Of a stretch of DNA of 39,553 bases, positions 1-13,176 are shown piece by piece. Position 1 is the first letter of the stretch; every line of letters starts with the position of its first letter. The position numbers and the translations under genes were made by a program. This DNA is from Octopus bimaculoides (Eukaryota): positions 10,742,378-10,781,930 of the forward strand of contig NC_068998.1 in NCBI RefSeq assembly GCF_001194135.2. Direction: 5' to 3'. The notes under the pieces are model-generated. The model made no database searches. It saw only the letters and a list, made by a program, of their open reading frames with translations, and was not told where the DNA came from.

Positions 1-75
1 AAAAATGTCGCTAAGCATTTTTTTTTTTTTTTTGTCCATCGTGCTAATGGTTCTGTCAGCCTTTAATGGTTTCAT

Positions 76-325
76 TTCAGCTCAAGGCCAGCGATTTCAA
101 GGCGGAGGGTTGGGGGACAAGTCAATTACATTGACTCTAGCGCTTGACTGGTATTTATTACATCGACTCCGGCAGAATGAAAGGCAAAGTCGATCTCGAA
201 AACAAAAAAAAAAAAAAAAAAAAAAAAAAAACATAAGTACAGGCATTGCTTCGTTCGACTAAAATCCTTCAAGGTGATGCTCCAGCATGGCCGCAATCCA
301 TGACTAAAACAATTAAAAGCTAAAA
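76..325. mobile_element. SINE family C fragment (76-198, -) plus family D 3' fragment (about 225-325, +)
   Basis: Partial matches to both consensus sequences seen elsewhere in the window. Confidence 0.6.
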
Positions 326-663
326 GTTGTGAAGTGAGTTTTTTTAATTTTTTATTTATTTACATTGCCTCATGAAGTCAAAAGCTAATCGCAAACTTCT
401 GTTCTAGACCTTTCCTCGATGGTTCGTAACGAAAAAAAAGGTCCATTCAAAGATACCAGTTCACTCTTGCTCCTTTCTATTTATGTCTCGTTTCTGCGAT
501 CTACGAAAATATGTCTTCAAAGTTCTTATTTGTGAGTCGACAGAGACAGTTACAATGGCTTCCTCATATTTTCAGCATTGATATAAAAAAAGGCACAAAT
601 AACACGTCTTCTTCTTCTCCGTCTTCGTTGAGGCACAAATTCAGAAAGTAATACATCAGAAGA

Positions 664-1520
664 AATGCCGCTGAACATTTTGTCCGATGTGCCAACGATT
701 CTACCAGCTCAACGCCTTAATAGTAATCCTTTCAGCTTTAAGCACAAGGTCTGAAATTTTGTGGGAGGGGTAAGTCGATTTCATCGATCCCAGTGCTCAA
801 CTGGTACTTTATCTTATCGACCCAGAAAGGATGAAAGGTAAAGTCGGCTTCAGCGGAATTTGAACTGAAAACGTAAAGACGGACGAAATACCGCTAAACA
901 TTTTGCCCGACGTGCTAACGATTCTGCCAGCTCACCGCTCTATTAACGATAATACAGTAATCCCCCGACTATCACGAGAGGTGAAAATCCTCCCACGATA
1001 GGTGGAGGTATTTCGTCTGTCTTTATGTTCTGAGTTCAAATTCCGCCGAGGTCGACTTTGCCTTTCATCATATTTCGGGATCGATAAATTAAGTACCAGT
1101 TGCGTCTGGGTCGATCTAATCGACTGGCCCCCTCCCCCAAAATTTCGGGCATTGTGCCTAGAGTAGAAAAGAATATTTTCACTGCCGTCGACTTTGCCTT
1201 TCATTCTTTCGGGCTCGATAAATTAAGTACCAGTTACGCGCTGGGGTCGATGTAATCGATTATCCTCCTCCCTTAAATTTCAGGCCTTGTGCCGATAGTA
1301 GAAAGGATTATATTTACTGGTTCGTGAGCACGCCGGGCAAAATGCTTAGCGGTATTTCGCCAGTCTTTACTTCCGAGTTCAAATTCCGCCGAGATCGACT
1401 TCGCCTTTCATCTTTTTGGGGTCGATAAATTAAGTACCAGTTGTGCACTGGGTCGATCTAATCGACTGGCCCCCTTCCCCAAAATTTTCGGGCCTTGTGC
1501 CTAGAGTAGAAAAGAATATT
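664..1520. mobile_element. Cluster of five SINE family C copies or fragments (664-720 -, 724-942 -, 1006-1177 +, 1183-1311 +, 1320-1520 +)
   Basis: Repeated consensus of about 215 nt: (taaggcggcgagctggcagaatcgttagc)...gagttcaaattccgccgaggtcgactttgcctttcatcctttcggggtcgataaattaagtaccag...gtgcctagagtagaaaagaatatt. Confidence 0.85.
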
Positions 1521-1841
1521 CTCTTGGTTGAATCATGAATATCGATGTAAGTTAGGCTTAATACCCATCAATCACAAAGCTACGTGGCTAGATTAAGCAA
1601 GTTTCCTGGCTCAATGCCCCACCCAAACTGGACGTTTTTCCACTCCCTCTTATAATGATGCTATCAGACCCGGATGTTATTTTGGGTCTATTCTGATCTA
1701 AACCTCTGTGATGTCTACGAGGAGGGATTAGAAAATGATGTACATGTTCTTCAGGCTGTTTGAAAAAGTTTGAGTCAGACTATATAGCGATCTAAATTTA
1801 AAATCGAAGTCTAATCGCGACGATGATGAAAATAATGATTA

Positions 1842-2001
1842 ATCATCATCATCGTCGTCGCTAACACAAACCATCATTACCACCGCCACCATAATTTTCA
1901 TCATCATCGTCATCATTATCATCATCCTCCCTTCCTCCTCCTCATCATCATCATCTTCATCTATCACCAGCATCATCATTGCTGATGTCGACGTCATCAT
2001 T

Positions 2002-2033
<32 letters not shown>

Positions 2034-2065
2034 TATCATTATCATTATCGTCACCATCATCATCA
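1842..2065. repeat. (CAT)n compound microsatellite
   Basis: Direct inspection. Smaller (GAT/GGT)n, (TACA)n and (TA)n tracts follow at about 2270-2510. Confidence 0.95.
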
Positions 2066-3804
2066 ATATTGATTTTTTTTTATTATCATAGATACAAGGC
2101 CACGAATCGATCGATTTTCTTTGCTGATATTCTATTTTATCGAACCCTCTCATTCACGTCCTGAAGAATAATGGGCAAAGCTAACGTCAGCGTGATTCGA
2201 ACAAAAGAACGTATAGGTATTCTGTCCGTTGCTCTACCGAATATGCCATTTCACCATGGTAATGATAATGTCATTGATGATGATGATGGTGGTGGTGGTG
2301 ATGATGACGATGGTGATTGATAGTAAACTGCATAGTATCGGGATAAAAAATAAAACGAAAAGAAAAACAGAAAAAACAAAACAAGAAAATGTCGATTTGA
2401 CTCTTATTCTTTATGTTAAATCAATGAGAATAAATATACGTACATACATACATACATACATACATACATACATTACGTATGTACGTTTGTGTGTATATAT
2501 ATATATATACACAATATATAATCAGATAGAAAGGAGAATAAGTCCCTGTACACAACAACTTAGCGGTTTAATTAATAGAGCAACATGAAATATAGAGATT
2601 GATAAAAAGAGAACAAATTTCAGGATTCAGAATTTATTTCTCAGTAGATTTCTCAACATCGGAATGCTTCATAAAAATATACGTAAATATAAATATGTAG
2701 ATACAATATAAGATATAAAACATAAATAAACTCGCATGACATCGTATGAAATTGTATGCCCGTGTTTGAAATCAATGAGAAAACTATTATATATGCAAGG
2801 TCGATATTGCATTAATCGAAATTATCAAATCGATGAAAGAGTGGTTCAAAATGAATTTAAGAGGATTCCAAAGATAAATCCAGTTTCAAGAACATGTGGT
2901 ATGAAATGGGGCGAACCATTTCCATCCGTCTCAGTTATCCACTTTTCTTTCTTCAGAAGATGACTTAAGACGATTTAAAAGAACTTTAAAGATTTAAAAA
3001 TAAATTTTAGAAATATATTCCAAAAATATTTTAATTTTAAAAAATTGAAGTTTGGAGCGAGAGTACATGCTGTTCAGGCGCATGAAACAACAAAAAGAAA
3101 AAGTCCGTGTATAGCTTTGTTAAGCTATACTCAAACAAACTAGTGAAGACGAGAATACATCTATCAAAGGTTTATTACTCTACGTACCTCAGGGCTTAAA
3201 GTCGTCAGTTGTTTCTGTTTAACTCACTCAGATTCGTTTCACACTCACCGTTGACGTTCTTTTGTTTTCCTTCTAACGCAAGGTCCTTTTCTTTTCTTGC
3301 TGACCAACTTCCTAGCTAGCCCGCAGCGAAGTTTCTGTCTACAGTTCGTCTGTCACGAATCTTGCCCAACATGTGCACGCATAATAATTTTCTCATTGAT
3401 TCCAGGTTAGCACTGATCAAGCAGATATGAAGGAAAAGCATTCCGAGCGTGACCATCCGGTCTCTCCAGCCCTTATTGCGGGGATCCCAAGACTACATTA
3501 CCAAGATTCCCTTTCCTGAATCTATGGCGGTGTGATTCATGAGAGTTTGTCTTCTATTGCTGGCCGATTGTACGATTACATAGAGACTCCAATGCTGGAT
3601 CGAATATTGTACGATGATCGAATGCAGGATGATGAAACGAGGTTCAGAAGAAAAGTCAATGATGACGATATCAACGAAATTGGTGATGATGACACCAGTT
3701 ATGATCTCATATATTAATAGCCGTATACATACATGCATACAGATACACAGATGCACACACATATATACATATATAAACATCTCTCTTTCTTTCTCTCTCT
3801 CTTT

Positions 3805-3852
<48 letters not shown>

Positions 3853-5149
3853 NNNNNNNNNNNNNNNNNNNNNNNNNNNNNNNNNNNNNNNNNNNNNNNN
3901 NNNNNNNNNNNNNNNNNNNNNNNNNNNNNNNNNNNNNNNNNNNNNNNNNNNNNNNNNNNNNNNNNNNNNNNNNNNNNNNNNNNNNNNNNNNNNNNNNNNN
4001 NNNNNNNNNNNNNNNNNNNNNNNNNNNNNNNNNNNNNNNNNNNNNNNNNNNNNNNNNNNNNNNNNNNNNNNNNNNNNNNNNNNNNNNNNNNNNNNNNNNN
4101 NNNNNNNNNNNNNNNNNNNNNNNNNNNNNNNNNNNNNNNNNNNNNNNNNNNNNNNNNNNNNNNNNNNNNNNNNNNNNNNNNNNNNNNNNNNNNNNNNNNN
4201 NNNNNNNNNNNNNNNNNNNNNNNNNNNNNNNNNNNNNNNNNNNNNNNNNNNNNNNNNNNNNNNNNNNNNNNNNNNNNNNNNNNNNNNNNNNNNNNNNNNN
4301 NNNNNNNNNNNNNNNNNNNNNNNNNNNNNNNNNNNNNNNNNNNNNNNNNNNNNNNNNNNNNNNNNNNNNNNNNNNNNNNNNNNNNNNNNNNNNNNNNNNN
4401 NNNNNNNNNNNNNNNNNNNNNNNNNNNNNNNNNNNNNNNNNNNNNNNNNNNNNNNNNNNNNNNNNNNNNNNNNNNNNNNNNNNNNNNNNNNNNNNNNNNN
4501 NNNNNNNNNNNNNNNNNNNNNNNNNNNNNNNNNNNNNNNNNNNNNNNNNNNNNNNNNNNNNNNNNNNNNNNNNNNNNNNNNNNNNNNNNNNNNNNNNNNN
4601 NNNNNNNNNNNNNNNNNNNNNNNNNNNNNNNNNNNNNNNNNNNNNNNNNNNNNNNNNNNNNNNNNNNNNNNNNNNNNNNNNNNNNNNNNNNNNNNNNNNN
4701 NNNNNNNNNNNNNNNNNNNNAACAACTTTGATATGTAAGTAATATCAATTAGTCACGTCTGTTTGGCGCGCTTCGTTTTTATGGCGTGTTTGACAAAAAG
4801 AAAATAGAAGAGAAAAAATAACAAAATATGTTTAATTCGTAAAATAAAATGTAACTGGACAAACTAAACTACAAAACAAAGCAAACTGGAAGTGGTTAAA
4901 TTTATCGCAATTCTTGTTATGTGACTCACTTGAAGGAAAGAAGGAAGGAACAGAAAAAGGAGGAATAACAGAAAGAATATATTGGTAGTGGAATGACAAA
5001 ATCGGCAGACGAGCGAAAAAGATAATAGTGACTTCAAAGCCTTAAGGTCACGAGGTCCCTCTCACCTCGATAAGATAGGTGAAGTATTTGTTAAATACTG
5101 TGGAGGTTAATTTAATCGATTATACTCGGTAGAGTAGTTGAGGATCGGA

Positions 5150-5312
5150 GGCAATCGGGGGGACGGTCCCCTTTCCCCTAGCAGCACTTTTATAGAGATG
5201 GCACTTTGGGGCTTGCTATATAAGCCTGTACAGGTCTGTAGGAGGGGGCGAGGGAGAGGGGTAGATAACTCAAGCACTGCCCCGGAGGGCACATGCTCTA
5301 GCTACGCCGCTG
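5150..5312 (+). mobile_element. Short dispersed repeat with hAT-like terminus (GCTACGCCGCTG); second diverged copy at about 35327-35440 (-)
   Basis: cactttggggcttgctatataagcctg...actcaagcactgccccggagggcacatgctctagctacgccgctg aligns loosely with the reverse complement of 35327-35440. Only one terminus is recognisable. Confidence 0.4.
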
Positions 5313-5402
5313 ACTGTATCCCCACCCACATCATATTAAACACGATACTCCAGATTGGCCAGAGTCCAATAACTGAAATTAATAAATGAATTTAAGAAAA
5401 TC

Positions 5403-5553
5403 CAGTTTCCGCCAACCAAATCCACTCACAAGGCTTTGGTCGGCCCGAGGCTATAGTAGAAGACCCTTGCCCAAGGTGCCACGCAGTGGAACTGAACCCA
5501 GATCTGTGTGGTTCAGAAGCAAACTTCTTGCCACACGCTTACGCCTGCGTCCT
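5403..5553 (-). mobile_element. SINE family D, head fragment
   Basis: cagtttccgccaaccaaatccactcacaaggctttggtcggcccgaggctatagtagaagac...ccacacgcttacgcctgcg. Confidence 0.8.
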
Positions 5554-7736
5554 GTTCATGATTTTACAGTGGTAATTTTAGACATACAGAAAGTGAACTT
5601 GCGGTGAAACGCCTGCCATCAAAAATGGGAAACGATATGCATATTCAGCCCCAGGGCCTCCGATAAAAGTTCTGGAGTTTGGTATATAAGTCTGTTTCCG
5701 GGTCCCACGGATGGGAAATGAAAACCCTTTAAAAATCAAGAAGAGGAGAACCCGTAATATATTCACGGGGTTCCTCTTTGCTTCTCCGGTCCCCGGACCA
5801 ATGCATCTTTTGACCCCGTCTCTCATCGGCCCTGCTCAGTTCTCTAGGATATTACTTCATTGAGATATTATTTCAAACTACTGCATCTCCTTACTTCACA
5901 ACCTTGCAAATTAATTAAACACATCCCCCGTTCTTGAGTAATACACTTATCCACCGCTTAGGGGTTGTATGTGTGTGTGTGTTGTTTTCTTTCTCTAAAA
6001 GGAAAATTTCAATTCATTTACACCTTTTTGCGTTACATTATTTAGTACACCAGCACCTACGACCTGAAATATGCACATATATATGCATCATTGAGTTTAC
6101 ACTGCATATATTATGTGGCACCAGACGGCAGTTGTTATTATAAACTATAATAGTCACTAAGCTGCTTCTGTCGCCTGCCTGCATAATTAGTCAGAAGAAA
6201 CAACCAAAAACTTACTTTAGCATAAAATCTTGACTGAATTGTTCTATAAAAATATCTGCGAAGTATTTATTTAGTTAAAGTTTAGTCAGAGGAGGAAGGG
6301 CAGCGTCAGTGACCTTCTGCAAGGTTTACGTGACTATTGGAAAAACTGGTGGTGGCGGGTGGAGGGCCCACGACTAATTGTGCTATTGCTGTAGAAAGCT
6401 GCACAAAATATCGAGTTATTCTAAGATCCGGGACCTGGTTCGAATACTTGCAACAGAATAGTCTCCACTGAAAGAAATACATAACGTCAAGTGATGATGA
6501 CGGGCTAAAGACAATTCATTTTACTTATGTCACAATCATCTAGTGGGGAAGTGTGGAATACAGAATCGCATTCCTTCCGCGATAAACTTGAGACTTCATG
6601 TTATGTCATCATCCAGTTAACTAGATGTTGACAGAACATGGAGTGGGTTGTTGAGAAACAAGTACAATCCAGAGGGAAAGAGAGAGATAAAGACGGATAC
6701 TTGTACTAGACTTATAGTGAAATTTATCGATCCCGAATGGGCAAAAGTCGATGTTGTCTTCAGTGGGATTTTAACTAAGAATGCTGGAACGGGTACTTGA
6801 AGGAAGTGGGTCCAACACTCTAACATAGTACCAGTTTTATTACAACTTTTACCAAAATTGTAATAAATGAATTCCAAAACAGATATACGATATTGTATAC
6901 AAGAAGACGTATAAAAGTTAGCATTTTTTAAGACTACTTAGGTTAATCATCAAGTCACAGACGATTATTGTAAGACGTTGAGTCTTGTATTCTCTAGGAT
7001 TTGTTTCAACTTGCAGTTCTTAAAAACTTGAAACGAACTCACGAATTCGAACCGACTGACTGAACTGACTTCTGCTCAAAGATGTTCACCCAATGCTAGC
7101 TGCCGAAAATATTGTATACAGCCGTCATCCCAACTACGCGGATTTTAAAAAAATCGATATTAACATTTGGATGTGTGGAAAGAATTTGTACCCGGGCGGG
7201 AAAGGGTGACAATCCCCAGAAAACGACAATATAACGATGATACGGATAGAAAGCCTTGCTGTGTTTCGTTCCGATTCCCTGCACTCTGCATTGAAATCCA
7301 CCAGAGTTCAAGTTAGTCATTCATGAAACTGTCGTAATATAAATCAATGACGAAATTGATTAATTTATGATGATGATGGCGGTGGCGGTGGCGGTAGTGA
7401 GTACTTGTGTAAACCTAAGTTATGTATGTGCTTGTACATACTAGCCTGTGTTATCGTGTTTCTGTGTGGTGTGCGTAGATGTGGTGAGATGTGCGTAGAT
7501 GTGGTGAGATGTGCGTCTGTATGGTGGTGTGGGTTCGCGTATGTGACTGCGTAGGATGTGCTTGTGCGAGCATGCGTTTTTTTTAATAGATATATTTCAT
7601 TGTTCTGTCAACTGCTATGGATTAAAATTTATGATGGTGGTGGATATGTAGGTAAGGGTACGTGGGTACCAAGGTCGTTATATTCCTTGTAATATAATAT
7701 AATATAAAATAATATAACATATATATATATATATAT

Positions 7737-8445
7737 TCTTTTATTCTTTTACTTGTTTCAGTCATTTGACTGCGGCTGTGCTGGAGCACCGCCTTTAGTC
7801 GAACAAATCGACCCCAGGACTTATTCTTTGTAAAGCCTAGCACTTATTTTAACGGTCTGTTTGCCAAACCGCTAATGTTACGGGGACGTAAACAGAAAGC
7901 CGATGTTCGAGAAGAGAAATGCCTGGGAATGGTGATTCATTCCTGAGCGAGGGAGTGGATACATTAAGAGAGACGAACGGTGGAAAGACAAGGAGTCAGA
8001 GTGCTGGATTAGTGGAGGTACGAGATTAACCAGTCCCAAGGAAAAGAGATCATTCTACTTACGCTATTGTTAGTCTGGTAATCTGTTATCTGTCTTATTT
8101 TATTGATAATTATTTGCGTGGCGGCGAGATGTCAGAATCGTCAGCGGGTCGGACAAAATACTTAGCAACATTTCGTCTAGCTCTCAGTTCAAATTCCTAT
8201 CGGTCTTATGGGAACGTAAAGATATCAAAACCGGTTGTCAAGCCGTAAATGGGGGACAACCACAATGACACACACACACACACACACGACGGGATTCCAC
8301 TCAGTTTCCGTCTACCAAATTCACTCACAAGGTATTGTCCGGCCTTTATTTATAGTAGAATACACTTGCCCAAGGTGCCGGGCAATGGGACTGAACCACG
8401 TGGTTGCAAAGCGAGCTTCTTAACCACACAGCCATGCCTGCGCCT
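7737..8445 (-). mobile_element. SINE family D in two pieces (7737-7894 3' part; 8197-8445 5' part) separated by unrelated sequence and a family C head (about 8115-8196)
   Basis: Both pieces match the D consensus. Either one interrupted copy or two partial copies. Confidence 0.72.
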
Positions 8446-9104
8446 ACATATGATAGATTTATGTAATACTCTATCAATAAGTTCGTATTGAATATCGAGC
8501 ATGCCAATGCATGCGGTGCACTGGGGATAAATTTGTTTACGCTGCACATAAATCATAAACATGCAACAGTATTTATGTCATCATCTCTTATCTCATAAGA
8601 GTTTCTTTTATTTCGTTTATTCATAGAAAAATCTAGAATTTCACAAAGAGAGAGAGAAACACCTGTTCAGTTTACTTTGCTTTATTTCCCTGCAATGGTC
8701 GATAGAACAAACACCAGTATTACGTTTGAAGAAGAAGAAGAAGAAGGTGGTGGTGGTGATCAACAAAAGCGTGCAGAAAAAGATGCTCCAAAAAACCTGA
8801 ACGCTTCTTCCATGAAAACAAAAGACTTGAAACTAATTTCAATTAAATTTTAAGTGAATTTTAATGCCGACACATTTTACAGGGATATTAGCAAATAAAT
8901 GAATGAATAAATAAATAAAACCGTCAAGAATAATTAATTTACTGACAAAAAAGAAACAAAGAAAAATCTTGACATTAGAAAACATAAACACACCTATGAG
9001 AATTCAAAACTGCTGGAATGAAATATAAAATAAAATAATTTAGTAATAATACAAACCAAAAGCACAATAGATTAGAGGGGGTAAAGGATTAAATATATAG
9101 TAGC

Positions 9105-9414
9105 TTGTTGTTGTTGGCACTCCGTCGCTTACGACGACGAGGGTTCCAGTTGATCCGATCAACGGAACAGCCTGCTCGTGAAATTAACGTGGAAGTGGCT
9201 GAGCACTCCACAGACACGTGCACCCTTAACGTAGTTCTCGGGGATATTCAGCGTGACACAGTGTGACAAGGCTGACCCTTTGAATTACAGGCACAACAGA
9301 AACAGGAAGTAAGAGTGAGAGAAAGTTGTGGTGAAAGAGTACAGCAGGGTTCGCCACCATCCCCTGCTGGAGCCTCGTGGGGCTTTAGGTGTTTTCGCTC
9401 AATAAACACTCACA
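9105..9414 (-). mobile_element. SINE family A, head lost in gap
   Basis: Reverse complement of the family A tail and body (ttgttgttggcactccgtcgcttacgacg...aataaacactcaca) running into the N gap. Confidence 0.88.
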
Positions 9415-9803
9415 NNNNNNNNNNNNNNNNNNNNNNNNNNNNNNNNNNNNNNNNNNNNNNNNNNNNNNNNNNNNNNNNNNNNNNNNNNNNNNNNNNNNNN
9501 NNNNNNNNNNNNNNNNNNNNNNNNNNNNNNNNNNNNNNNNNNNNNNNNNNNNNNNNNNNNNNNNNNNNNNNNNNNNNNNNNNNNNNNNNNNNNNNNNNNN
9601 NNNNNNNNNNNNNNNNNNNNNNNNNNNNNNNNNNNNNNNNNNNNNNNNNNNNNNNNNNNNNNNNNNNNNNNNNNNNNNNNNNNNNNNNNNNNNNNNNNNN
9701 NNNNNNNNNNNNNNNNNNNNNNNNNNNNNNNNNNNNNNNNNNNNNNNNNNNNNNNNNNNNNNNNNNNNNNNNNNNNNNNNNNNNNNNNNNNNNNNNNNNN
9801 NNN

Positions 9804-9985
9804 GGGGGGGGGTGACCCCTGTTGCACTCTTTTGCCCAAACTTTCTCTCACTCTTTCTTCCTGTTTCTTGAGTAACGCTGCGATGGACTGGCGTCCTGTC
9901 CAGCTGGGGGGAACACATAGCCATAGAAACAGGGAAACCGGGTCCATGAGCCTGGCTAGGCTTTGAAAGGGCGACGTTTATCGTT
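9804..9985 (+). mobile_element. Chimeric SINE 3' part: family A body joined to family B tail
   Basis: gacccctgttgcactctttt...aactttctctcactctttcttcctgtttc (A body) directly followed by acgctgcgatggactggcgtcctgtccagctggg...gagcctggctaggcttt (B tail). Confidence 0.75.
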
Positions 9986-10994
9986 TATTAACAAAATACA
10001 TCAATCGTGCAGTACTAAAGTAGACAAGAGAAGACAAAGACAGCCCTGCACTTAAGAGTAATCTCGGCTTATTTATTATCTCCCCTGCTCTTATACCTAA
10101 CTTTGTTTCCTTTGACAAATTTGTTGAATGAAACAACCAATGACTACAAACGCCACGAACAAACACTAAAATAAAACGGCTTGTAAATATTGGCTTCAAA
10201 TTTTGGCACAAGGTCAGCAATTTCAGGTGAATGGATAAATCGATTACATCGACCCCAGTGATCAACTGATACTTATTTTATCGACCTCAAAGTACAAAGC
10301 ATAAATTCATTATACATAAACTACATCTTTCAACTTTATCTTCCTCCATTTCAACTGTGTAACTGTTTATGTTATGGTTTAAGATGTAAAACTCATATTT
10401 TTGGCTACGATATTTTGTGTTATTGAGATCGGCTGCCTGAATTGTGCTCCGCCGTTATGATTTTGTTGTCATCCACTCATTCCAAATAGCTAAAAGGCAG
10501 GTGAAAGTGTAACATTTGTAAGAGAATTTTTTTTTTTATTAAGACAATTAAAAGATGTTTCTTAAATGTCACACAATCATTAAATAATGTTAGACATATA
10601 TCAGGTGTGGGTTATGTTTGCTGAGGAAGGAGATAAGTACAGTGAAATTATGTAACCTTCCCTCATAATTACCGACCGACTATGGGCAAGTTTCCCTAAA
10701 TTTGTGTTGACTGTGGAATTTTGGTTTGCTTTCACTATTTTATTAGCAGTAACAATTATTGTGTCTAGTGGGATTATGTTCATCTTGTTCCTTAGTCTAT
10801 GGTGCTCAGGTATCCATTGCCATGCGTCTAATACGGCTGCATTAGACGCATGGCAATTTTGGATACATTTAAAATTTTAAAAAAAAGCGTGTCATATACA
10901 TCGGCAAATCCGGTAAGTGTAAAAAAAAAAACTCATCAAACGCGGTACATGACTGGGACATGTCTTCAGTCATTTGCAATATGTCTGCATAGAC

Positions 10995-11290
10995 AAGGAG
11001 TACAAGGTAAACTGTACTGATATTACGAGAATTATTATAAATACTTGAAGAAAAATGTCTGTTCTTTTAAGAAGGTGGAAAGATTATCACAGTTGAGGGA
11101 TCTTGAAACTGAAATAAACCAGATGTGGAGCATGAAAGTGAAAGCAGTACTATTAATAATTGGCGCAGTTGATATGCTAAAACGTACAAACAATACTAGA
11201 GCTTGCCATATTAAGCACAGACTAATTAATAGCTACGGTAGGCATGGTCCATATCCTTCACAAGACACTTTCTATTCAATAGCATAGATC
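10995..11290 (+). mobile_element. 3' remnant of an R4/Dong-like non-LTR retrotransposon (restriction-like endonuclease region)
   Basis: ORF 11045 reads ERLSQLRDLETEINQMWSMKVKAVLLIIGAVDMLKR, resembling the remembered EKxxKYxDLxxExxxxWxxxxxxxPxIxGALG motif of RLE-type LINEs. After a frameshift it reads GMVHILHKTLSIQ* (cf. GTAHILRKxL). Family assignment is from recalled motifs. Confidence 0.7.
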
Positions 11291-11772
11291 AAACAGCACA
11301 CAATGCAAACCGTATACATATTAATTACTGGTAGGGACATTGTATTTCATTATTCAGTGCTGGCTTAAATTACTATATAAAAATCTGTAGAGAAAACCTT
11401 AGGAAGTTATGCCCTATACAATCACTAGGCAATAGAATAACAGAAAACCCCTATCCATTTAAATGTCTGTGTTGTATTACATGAAGCTATTTCGCTACTG
11501 CCCCTGCCACTTCCCCTCCCCAAGCTTTCAGTTAGACTGTAACATCTGATCTCGCCTCAGGATGCTGAGTGTGTCTCGACAAGTGATTGTAACAAACATG
11601 CAGATTAAAAGTAAATAACAACAACAACAACGATAATAATAATATTAATAATATAAGACTCCAGGAGCTCCAACAAAACCTGTAATAATGAGAAATAATA
11701 ATAATAATAATAATAACTGATCCAGCATACCCACAGCCTTAGGGCTGAAACATATATATACAAAAAAAAATT

Positions 11773-12150
11773 GGCGTGGTTGTGTGATAAGAAGCTTGCT
11801 TCCCAACCGCACGGTTCCGGGTTCAGTCCCGCTGCGTGGCATCTTGGGCAAGTGTCTTCTATTATAGCCTCGGGCCGACCTAGGCCTTGTGAATGGATTT
11901 GGTAGACGGAAACTGAAAGAAGATCGTCGTAAATATATGTGTGTGCGTGCGTGTGCTTGTGTGTGTGTGTGTGTGTGTGTGTGTGCCCCATCGCTTGACA
12001 ACCGATGCTGGTGTGTTTATGTCCCCCGTAACTTAGCGGTTCGGCAAAAGAGACCGAAAGAATAAGTACAAGGCTTGCAAAGAATAAGTCGATTTCTTCA
12101 AGGCGGTGCTCCAGCATGGCCGCAGTCAAATGATTGAAACAAGTGAAAGA
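11773..12150 (+). mobile_element. tRNA-derived SINE family D with internal (TA)/(TG)n microsatellite, full length
   Basis: Head GGCGTGGTTGTGTG..AAGAAGCTTGCTTCCCAACC...GGGTTCAGTCCC, CORE-like cttgggcaagtgtctt, (TG)n at about 11936-11985, tail ...ccagcatggccgcagtcaaatgattgaaacaag. Confidence 0.88.
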
Positions 12151-13176
12151 GTAAAAAAAAAAAAAAAAAANNNNNNNNNNNNNNNNNNNNNNNNNNNNNN
12201 NNNNNNNNNNNNNNNNNNNNNNNNNNNNNNNNNNNNNNNNNNNNNNNNNNNNNNNNNNNNNNNNNNNNNNNNNNNNNNNNNNNNNNNNNNNNNNNNNNNN
12301 NNNNNNNNNNNNNNNNNNNNNNNNNNNNNNNNNNNNNNNNNNNNNNNNNNNNNNNNNNNNNNNNNNNNNNNNNNNNNNNNNNNNNNNNNNNNNNNNNNNN
12401 NNNNNNNNNNNNNNNNNNNNNNNNNNNNNNNNNNNNNNNNNNNNNNNNNNNNNNNNNNNNNNNNNNNNNNNNNNNNNNNNNNNNNNNNNNNNNNNNNNNN
12501 NNNNNNNNNNNNNNNNNNNNNNNNNNNNNNNNNNNNNNNNNNNNNNNNNNNNNNNNNNNNNNNNNNNNNNNNNNNNNNNNNNNNNNNNNNNNNNNNNNNN
12601 NNNNNNNNNNNNNNNNNNNNNNNNNNNNNNNNNNNNNNNNNNNNNNNNNNNNNNNNNNNNNNNNNNNNNNNNNNNNNNNNNNNNNNNNNNNNNNNNNNNN
12701 NNNNNNNNNNNNNNNNNNNNNNNNNNNNNNNNNNNNNNNNNNNNNNNNNNNNNNNNNNNNNNNNNNNNNNNNNNNNNNNNNNNNNNNNNNNNNNNNNNNN
12801 NNNNNNNNNNNNNNNNNNNNNNNNNNNNNNNNNNNNNNNNNNNNNNNNNNNNNNNNNNNNNNNNNNNNNNNNNNNNNNNNNNNNNNNNNNNNNNNNNNNN
12901 NNNNNNNNNNNNNNNNNNNNNNNNNNNNNNNNNNNNNNNNNNNNNNNNNNNNNNNNNNNNNNNNNNNNNNNNNNNNNNNNNNNNNNNNNNNNNNNNNNNN
13001 NNNNNNNNNNNNNNNNNNNNNNNNNNNNNNNNNNNNNNNNNNNNNNNNNNNNNNNNNNNNNNNNNNNNNNNNNNNNNNNNNNNNNNNNNNNNNNNNNNNN
13101 NNNNNNNNNNNNNNNNNNNNAGACAGGAATTTCTCACATGAAGATCCAAGTGATACCGATTTTATCGACCTTAGAA

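Noticed and set aside
955-1002. TA|CAGTAATCCCCCGACTATCACG, a Tigger-like TIR
   Set aside because: Only one end of about 45 nt is visible, truncated by a SINE. Not enough to define an element.
1839-2588. Poly-Met, poly-Ser, poly-His and poly-Asp ORFs (also 22513-22952, 28050-28232, 33050-33364, 34944-35216)
   Set aside because: Translations of (CAT)n, (CAC)n, (CT)n and T-rich repeats, with no splice context or domain signal.
3345-3545. Frame reading VCHESCPTC...RYEGKAF...YCGDP...PFLN, reminiscent of furin-like repeats or eclosion-hormone-like peptides; selenocysteine read-through considered
   Set aside because: Interrupted by TAG as well as TGA stops, cysteine spacing does not fit, and no SECIS is evident. 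Likely chance.
3493-4748. Long ORFs spanning N runs (also around 9315-9947, 11605-13198, 19021-19920, 24356-24847, 28396-29128, 33979-34608, 37997-38397)
   Set aside because: Length comes from untranslatable N codons; the flanks are microsatellite or SINE sequence.
5770-5834. CGGCCCTG hAT-like terminus
   Set aside because: No matching second terminus or TSD found.
7081-7405. Coding-like stretch ending near a GTGAGT donor-like site
   Set aside because: All three frames are interrupted by stops before the donor, and no recognisable domain or partner exon was found.
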